Part shown: positions 57,201-64,000 of the stretch, piece after piece | Layout of the letters: every line of letters starts with the position of its first letter | Numbering within the stretch: position 1 is the stretch's first letter | Assembly: GCF_964194025.1 (NCBI RefSeq) | Contig: NC_134473.1 | Location: forward strand, 55,304,001-55,368,000 | Origin: Convolutriloba macropyga | Taxonomy: Eukaryota | DNA length: 64,000 nt | Direction of reading: 5' to 3' | The notes under the pieces: generated by a model | What the model was told of the DNA's origin: nothing | Database searches by the model: none | The model's input: the letters and a program-made list of their open reading frames with translations, nothing else | Position numbers and translations under genes: made by a program

Positions 57201-60184
57201 CACATGGAGAGAGTTGACACTAAACAGGTAAAAATACAAAAAATTTTGCACCATATAAGTGCCGATAGTCACGATAGTGCAATGGGGTTGAGTTTCTTGA
57301 GTCTTTGGATAACTTAGAGTCAACCCTAGCCATGTCCTGAAACCTTCGTTCTCTCCGGGTTTTAGTCGTCATTGCTCGGGCATTTGATTGAAGTCAACTG
57401 CTTTATAATGTTTTTCTGAAGATCAATTTTCTGTTTTAAAATATGAATGTATGAATTAGTTTTTAATAGCCGCCCTCATCTTCTCAGCCGGCTATTATAG
57501 CGCTCCTATTTTTTTTACAATTCAAAGAATTTGAATTGTATTGGGGCGCTGTCTTCTTTTTTTTTAAGATCTGTTCACACATTTTCATGATTTTTGAAGT
57601 CAAATTGGAGTGGTGATTTTGGTCACGCCGAAACAGGAAATGGAGCGAAAAAGCGAGTGGTTTTGCGGCGTTAAATTTTTTCGCTCTAAACTTAAAGTAG
57701 AGTGAGAAAAGGGTGTTTGAACAAAAATTCGCTTTCTCGCTTGTGGTTTTTTGTTCACATGCGGCAATTTCACTTTGATTTTTACTCTTTTTTCGATTTT
57801 TTGGATCGGATTTTTTTCTAAATGGTTTTTCCAATCCATTCATAGTCCGTTTTAGGTCTAGTTTTTTTAGTCAATGAAAATTCTTTGAATTGTACGTCAG
57901 GACTTGTCCTGCTATGTTTTTTTACTTCGTCGAATAAAAAAATGTTTCGCTTTACCTCATTTTGCCGCCTTTTCAACATTTTGCGTGAAATCTTTTTGAC
58001 TTCTCTAGGCTAGTTTCTCTCTTCTCTCATTCTGCTAAAAGTTATTTTGAACATCAGTTGCTCAGCAAAGCAATTCAAAATGAACAGTCAGTATAAAAAA
58101 TTGACATCAGAAATAGAAACGGGATAAACCCATAAAGCCCAATTTTAGATGCCCGCTATTTAAACGTCGGTCCTATAAGTATTAGTTACCTCTCTCTAAT
58201 GCTGATTGTTATTGATAGTAGCCCCGGTAGCCTCTCTCTAAGAAACAGAAGTATGTTCAACTACGAAATGCCATCAAAATAAATCGGACTTAAAAAAATG
58301 TTCTTGTACGAAAATCTTTTTTTTTCAATATCTTCTGTTATTTCAATCCCAGTCATGCTTATTGGAATCAACGGCGGCTATTTTCCGGCAATCTGCCGGG
58401 TATGTTTAAAATTTTTTTTCAATTGTTGATAGAAAAATTCTTGGAATTTTCTCTCTAGAAATGGTCCTAATCAAAAAATATGCCAAGCAGATCTGTGTAA
58501 ATGGTTAGTTAGATCCACTGTCCGGAATTCTTTTAATTGCTCTTGAACAAAGTTTGAAGCATTTATTGTAAACATGTTGGTTTTTTATGCAAAATTTCTG
58601 CTTGACAGTTTTCTTCGAGAACGTTTTTTTGATTTAACTAATGTGATTTCTTTCACGCTTGACGTTTTGATTTTCTGCTTGACTTAATTTGTGCTTATTG
58701 AGCAATTAAGTGTGCGTTGCAAACATAAAAGCAATTGTAAGTTGAAAAGCATAAGGGCCTGATAGCCGTGTGGTAAGTGATTCAGTCTAGGTCGGGGGTT
58801 CGAATCCGTCCCTAGACAAATCCGTCACATAAAGAATTTTGCCCGACGTTATTCGGTTTGTTTGTGTAATTGGTTCTGCTTTGTTCCCTTTTCATAAGTA
58901 TCAATCAATTTTTTCGTAGAGATTCAACTTTTTTCTGCAATTTTTTATCATAAGGTATCTTTTGAATCTATTTGAAATCTTGAAATTATGGGTAGTACCT
59001 GAATTTTTCTGGGCTTTGAAAAATGATGCTTCTAATATAAAAGCATCAAAGAAATTATTCAAAATATTATTTGAGACGTGAAGGCATAAAATTTAATTTA
59101 TCTGTTTTGGTGCAAAAATGTACTTAAAATAAACATTCGGGCCTGGATTCATGTGGCCAATTTTCCATTTGTTTTGAGAAGCATATCAAAGTCGTTTTTT
59201 CATTAGTTTCTATTCTATTTAGCCCAGACTGTAACCTTGATACTACACGAGATTTTATTCTCTCACAATAAGTCGCGCTTTCATACTCGTCTCATAATCT
59301 ACAGTTACATACTGTTTTCTACTTTGCTTGAAATTAAAATTTAGTCCATGTGCATATTTAGGAACATGAGGTATCGATGGCAACCATCTTTGACAAAAGC
59401 CGAAAGCGAATAACGAGACGCAACATACATCGATTGATCAGAGACTATTCGGAAGATGAGAAAAATGGTGCACCTATGGTACCCTGCCTGCCTGTGGCAA
59501 CTGACAACTTGAAAACTGCTGGTCTGAGAATCAGAATGCTGAAAGATGCGAGCTTCGTCGGTTATCTCAGGCAATACTTACGTCTTCTAAATTTGTGAAG
59601 TTTTTAATCGCCTGCTTTTTGAAACAGTTGATTTGTTTTTCTGCTACATATATTTATGATTCTGTGAGGTGTAGCCAGAGAAGTGGTAATAATGGCGATA
59701 GTCAGGTCAATGATTTAATCAAGAATTTGAATTGTAATTAAGGGCTCATTAACCTGTCTTTGTCTTAAACAAGTCATGATTTTATAATTCTGTGTCTCTA
59801 GGGAACTGATGACTAATGAGGAAATTTCGTCTGCATCAGTCAAAGATTCAACTGATGAAAAGAAGGAATTTGAAGCAGTACCTGACACACCGGATAAGTC
59901 TTCAGAAATAAAAGATGATCTGAAGAAAAAAATTGATGCCGAGATTTCTGAAGGGGTTGAACCGGATGATGACAACGAAGTGAAAGTGATCGAAGCTGCT
60001 AAGGAAGGTGGCAATGAAGTTACAATAATTGACGATTCAGTTGTTATGATTGAAGACAGCAAAGATGGAGCTAAAGAGAAGGAAGATGAGAAAAAACAAG
60101 CAGAGGAAGTTTATGAATTGCAGAAGCTGTTTTTTAAGGATATCAAGGAGCTCGATTTGTTTCTACTGCAACCAACTAACTCAG
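36295..60184 (+). CDS. CHAF1A: Spliced host gene, probable chromatin assembly factor 1 subunit A (p150); 3' part not identified in the window. Exons: 36295-36492, 36998-37126, 40833-41084, 47354(or 47378)-47896, 52908-53036, 59362-59570(or 59594), 59802-60184
   Basis: Phase-compatible AG/GT boundaries; N-terminal SIM-like IEVIDI; long K/E/R coiled coil; PIP-like QKQFFGSFFK followed by FVAFEPLPGMKMMPHRRR...EEFDAAFAKQ, matching the p150 segment after the KER region. The diagnostic C-terminal domain was not seen intact. Confidence 0.65.
37692..37971 (+). mobile_element. MITE (280 bp), TIR CATTACGACGC..., 3-bp TSD CTA
   Basis: CATTACGACGCAGAAGTAT / ATACCTCGGCGTCGTAATG; CTA at 37689-37691 and 37972-37974; CACTA- or Harbinger-like TSD length. 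Confidence 0.75.
38328..38729. mobile_element. MITE-like element with repetitive subterminal inverted repeats
   Basis: Left CAGACAAAACAG-type repeats mirrored by right CTGTTTTGTCTG repeats. Confidence 0.6.
39510..40337 (-). mobile_element. Longer (~830 bp) member of the same MITE family as 37692-37971, inverted, with internal TACTTAT-type microsatellite
   Basis: 40087-40337 is the reverse complement of 37692-37943; left end CATTACAGTGCTGAGGTATAC; simple repeat at ~39840-39960. Confidence 0.7.
42443..42972 (+). mobile_element. HINE/DINE-1-like element, copy C (internally deleted)
   Basis: AATAGCCGCC...GCCGGCTATT at the 5' end; GGCGGCTATT plus hairpin plus TATGTT at the 3' end. Confidence 0.8.
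43648..45587 (+). mobile_element. HINE/DINE-1-like element, copy D
   Basis: Same termini as copies C and G, with a longer internal region. Confidence 0.8.
48839..52716 (+). mobile_element. HINE/DINE-1-like element, copy E (long or composite)
   Basis: 5' AATAGCCGCC...CCGGCTAT; C-rich tract at ~49670-49780; ~150-bp degenerate internal repeats; 3' GGCGGCTATTTTCCGGCAATCTGCAGGGTATGTT. Confidence 0.65.
53880..55425. repeat. Clusters of C-rich (CCTACC/CCCTC) low-complexity repeats
   Basis: Tracts at ~53880-54000, 54400-54510, 54860-55080 and 55245-55425. Confidence 0.8.
55688..55774. repeat. 87-bp near-perfect palindrome bounded by TTAA
   Basis: TTAAGTCTGGGATGATCAAAATCTGAT...ATCAGATTTTGATCATGCCAGACTTAA; ~40-bp stem with few mismatches. 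Confidence 0.85.
57465..58406 (+). mobile_element. HINE/DINE-1-like element, copy G (cleanest copy, ~940 bp)
   Basis: Perfect subTIR AATAGCCGCC (57465) / GGCGGCTATT (58373), 5' partial IR, hairpin CCGGCA-ATC-TGCCGG (58385-58399), T-run flanks, no TSD. Confidence 0.85.
58754..58820 (+). pseudogene. Truncated tRNA-like / SINE-head sequence
   Basis: A box TAGCCGTGTGG and B box GGTTCGAATCC, with a shortened anticodon arm. Confidence 0.45.
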
Positions 60185-60449
60185 GTATTATTAAGAAACA
60201 TATATGAGCGTAAGGCTATCCATTTAGTTTGAAAGCGAGTTTTTTCACGTGTCGAAGTCCTTTTGCAAACTAATCTCACAAAGAAAGTTTGATCTTTCAA
60301 TAGCCAAGTCTCAGATTACGAATGTTAGCCTCCGCCGGATATAGTCACATCATTGGCAACACGAATTGGTTACACGCTGAAAACCTAGACCATAATAATC
60401 AGAATACCAGGTCATGATTCTTTTGTCGAAACGCCGTTTTTTTTTATAT

Positions 60450-62714
60450 ATAGCTGCGAAGCTGTAAGCTGAGCGTAGCTATATTGCGGTGCTCTTGGTT
60501 TTTTTACGACTCGAAGAGGAGTATTAGTTTTCTTAAGGTTTTTTTTACCGGAAGTACTATTCGTTCAGACGATGTTTTGACCTAAAAGCGAAAGCGAGTA
60601 AAATTGCAGTGTGAACTAATTTTTTCTGAGCGAGAGAAGTTTTTTGATCATGCGCTGCGTTTAGAGAATGACTTTTTGACATTGAAAAGTAGTTTTTGAC
60701 TGAATGGCACATATAGATAACCGTTTTTAGCCGTTTTTTTCGTCTAAGTGGCCTAGTTTTTTTGCTTAAAATTTGGTTTTTTGTAGAAATAATTTTTAAT
60801 CGATGCTATGTTGAAATGTAAACCCGGGAAATTGTTAGCACAGTATTTTGCATAGCCTGAAATTGCGTTTCAAATGCGAAATTGGCACATATTTCTTGAT
60901 TTTTAGTTAATTTTTTGGCTTTTTTTCTATTAATTTCTTCATTTTTGGATCTTTTAGCTGTTTTTTGTCAAAAATCAGTTAATAGGGCAACTTCCCTTTG
61001 ATAATTCATATACTCAATGCCTCTTTCTACCTCGATGTAATTTTGTTTCATAAAATTGTACATTTGCTAATCCGATTTTCGTAGTTTTTTGCAATTTTTT
61101 TCAGTTTTTTGTTTGTATTTTGCTTTTAATTACTAGAAATAGTATTTTGGGGAAGATGAGGGACTTTAATTTCGTTTCAATAAAAATTGAGTCATTTTTT
61201 GGTGTTAAGTTTTTGAAAAAACAGATAAATTTTTTTTCATAAATGCAGTCTTAAATACTTTTTGACCACTTTTTTGCAAAATGTTTCATTCTTTCGTATG
61301 TCTGAATTCCGCTTTTTCTTGTTTTATTCTGTTCAGCAAGCTGGATTTTTCTCTCGAATGACTCGTTGTCTTTTCTATGTCTCGAATGCTGATCAATGAA
61401 ATATACTCGTTTTTCTTGATTTTTTTAAATTTGATTTTTAACTTTCAAAAATCAAGAATTGGTCTTTTTGTTACGGTGTTCGTAACATTGTGTCCATATT
61501 ATTCACATTCTCGTTTGTATCATTCTAGTTTTGTCCTGGCACCTACTTTTGTTTTCGTTATATTGATTTTTTCAGTTGTTAAAAAATTGAATGAATTCAG
61601 CTTTTTCTTAGATCTTGGTTTCTTCGGTTTGCAATTGATTCAATTCAAAATAAGGCAGTACTGGGAGTTTGCTAGAAAGTCTTTTCCAACATTTCAACTT
61701 ATTACTATTCATTGCAATTTTATTCCGGGCTGGGTATTGTCTTTAGACGATTGTTTGCCTTTGAATATTATTATGTTGCTTTTGTTTTTCTATGATTAAT
61801 TTAATTTTTGAATTAGTAGGAAATCTTGTTGTCTAGCATATATACAACAAGGAAGAATCATGTATTATTTTTGTCTTAATTGCTGTGATTAGAAATCTAA
61901 TTGTAGTGGTTCTCTGATTCTTAAGTTTGAGCACTCTTTTTTGAATAATTTTGACTTTCCTGTCTTTTTTGAAGTTTTTATCTGCCGTTTACTTTCGCAT
62001 CTTTTTGAGATTAGAATCATTAATTTTCTGAGGGCAATTGATGGCCCTGTCAGCTTTGTCAGGCTATCAGTTTTTTGACCATCCTAATTATTTCAGACTT
62101 TTTTAACGTTACCAAACGTTTTCAATAATAAAATTTTGCTGCATTTTCTTTCTCTTGGTGACAGTGGTTTAAATTTCACCGATTTTTAGATCAGACCCGC
62201 GGAGGTAATGAGTTAATGGTTTAATACAAAAGGTAATGGCTTCAGCTTTTTGTGAAGTTTTGGTGCTTCGAGTCGCTTCCGGAATTCTTCCGGCTATGTT
62301 TTTGTTTCGTCGTCTGACGCTTCATTTTCGTTTTACATTTGTTCTAGAACATTCTGTCTCGTCACTGCTTAAATGGCTTTTTCGCGCTTGGTTTCACGCT
62401 TTCTGCGTGACCTAAATTGGGGTTATTCAGAAACAGAATCTGTTCCTAAAACAAAGTTGATTGTAAGAAAACAGATTGTATGGTCCGACAGCCGAGTGGT
62501 TAAGGCGACTGGCTGTTAATCCGGAGATCGCCGGTTCGAGACGCGACAGGGAAAATTTTTTTGCACCCAAAAACAACCTCCTTTGAAATAAACTTGTAAG
62601 TTTTATAGGCGGCGGCGATAACTATTATCAACTCACTTCTGTATCTTTTTCCATTTGTATTTTACGGCACGCAAGTCTATTTCGCAGCTATTCCGGCAAT
62701 CTGCCGGCTATGTT
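60450..62714 (+). mobile_element. HINE/DINE-1-like element of a second subfamily, copy H
   Basis: SubTIR ATAGCTGCGAA (60450) / TTCGCAGCTAT (62681), 3' hairpin CCGGCA-ATC-TGCCGG, CTATGTT end. Confidence 0.75.
62482..62552 (+). pseudogene. tRNA-Asn(GTT)-like sequence inside HINE copy H
   Basis: CAGCCGAGTGGTTAAGGCG...CT-GTT-AA...GGTTCGAGAC followed shortly by a T-run; acceptor and T stems imperfect. Confidence 0.55.
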
Positions 62715-64000
62715 ACTTGTTTTTGCTTGTTTCAGTGTTAATCTTTTTTGACGCCACTGACTTGCAAAGATATCTGATTTTTAGGAATTTGTTTAGTTTT
62801 TCCTCTTTTTGTTGTCTGTCATTGATTGACACAAGGTTTTTGCATTGTGTACTCATTCTAAGGATGTTTAGAGCCTTTATTTTCATAAAGTGTTGTTATT
62901 TTAAGTGGTTCTTAAAAATACTTAATTTTGGAAAAAATTTTGTTTTTAAGATTTTGGTTTTCTTGCACATATTGGATAATGTGCTTTGTTGGATGTCTTA
63001 ATCAGAATCAATGGCGGCTGTTTTCCAGCAATCTGCCTGGTATGTTGCCAGCAAGCTCTACATAAAAAATTAAGTTAACAACATCAACAAAAACCAATAG
63101 GTTAGTGTACAAGAGAAGACGATTAGTTTTACAGGCCATCTACTAGACATGGAAGAGTCAACCACAACCCTCACAGGCGCGGTAATCTTCATTTTTAGCT
63201 TCCGTAGACTCCTGTGACTTGTATAGTTTTCAGTGTCGCTATTGGAAGCTGGACGGAAAACTTATATATGCAAAACTGTCTGAAAAATATCTCGAGCTTT
63301 CGAAGAACTATAGCTCAGCACGATCTAGCTCCGGAAAGCACCGACTGAATCTAGTAATTTTTTCCTACGAATTTTTAGCATGGAGGACTATAGCTTAGAC
63401 TTAAGGTTTGTTATTATCAGCATGGCCTGATTTATAGACTTTATAGTACTCAGTATTGTGCCAGATTTAATTTTCCCATCGAAAATTTAAAAAATCGGAA
63501 ATAATTTATTTGGTTTCTTAGCAGCGGTCAATTGTGAATTTTGTGACAGAACCCGAATACGTAAAATTGAAAATGTATTTTTTGCTTATTTGTACTTCTT
63601 TGAAATGTCCATTGGGATTTGTCCAATAAACGCCGATTGAACTTGAATTTAATAATAAGTTATTTTCAAGAACATAAACAATGTACTTGCAATAACATCA
63701 AAGGCTTCCAGAAGCCTGTATAAAGACGCCTCGACTGAGCAGATTTAAAGTTTTGAATCACTTCTGTTACATTAATCGAAAATTGATTAACCTATTCACC
63801 AAAGGAGCAAAAAAGATCTTCGGTACCGCATATGTAATTGTCCCGAAAATTATGTAAGAACGATTTGGCGGTATCAAAATTTGGTCTGAAGAAATTGTTT
63901 ATTATGCCTCTCTCTACATTTACAATCTTATTATTGTTTCAACTGCATTTGTCCTTAACCAAAATGTCAGAAAAAAAATTAATGTTGGTATTCGAAAATT

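Noticed and set aside
62482-62552. Functional tRNA genes (also 35871-35940 and 58754-58820)
   Set aside because: Acceptor and T stems do not pair properly and the sequences sit in or next to repeats; treated as tRNA-derived.

Overview
AT-rich eukaryotic (invertebrate-metazoan-like) genomic DNA, not prokaryotic. The main feature is a complete 15.8 kb Polinton/Maverick (adintovirus-like) endogenous virus at 13765-29597. It has AGTAGT...ACTACT termini, a perfect 6-bp TSD (ACCGTA) and ends built from ~110-127 bp tandem repeats. It encodes a packaging ATPase, retroviral-like integrase, core protein, minor and major capsid proteins, an adenain-like protease and a protein-primed PolB split by one -1 frameshift in an A7 run. 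To its left lie a tandem array of a degenerate unknown ORF with a near-identical 2.9 kb duplication, Penelope GIY-YIG remnants, an intronless ribonucleotide reductase small subunit gene and a decayed LINE. To its right lie a multi-exon host gene resembling CAF-1 p150 (CHAF1A) and many Helentron/DINE-1-like non-autonomous elements, MITEs and tRNA-like Pol III sequences, mostly within its introns. The most unusual observations are all in the Polinton: termini only ~80% identical despite a young-looking insertion; a 19-bp core of the terminal repeat reappearing inside one of its own genes; a putative multi-exon AUG-free spliced leader for the polymerase; and a TGACGT array upstream of the polymerase. 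All calls were made by eye from motifs; no searches were run.
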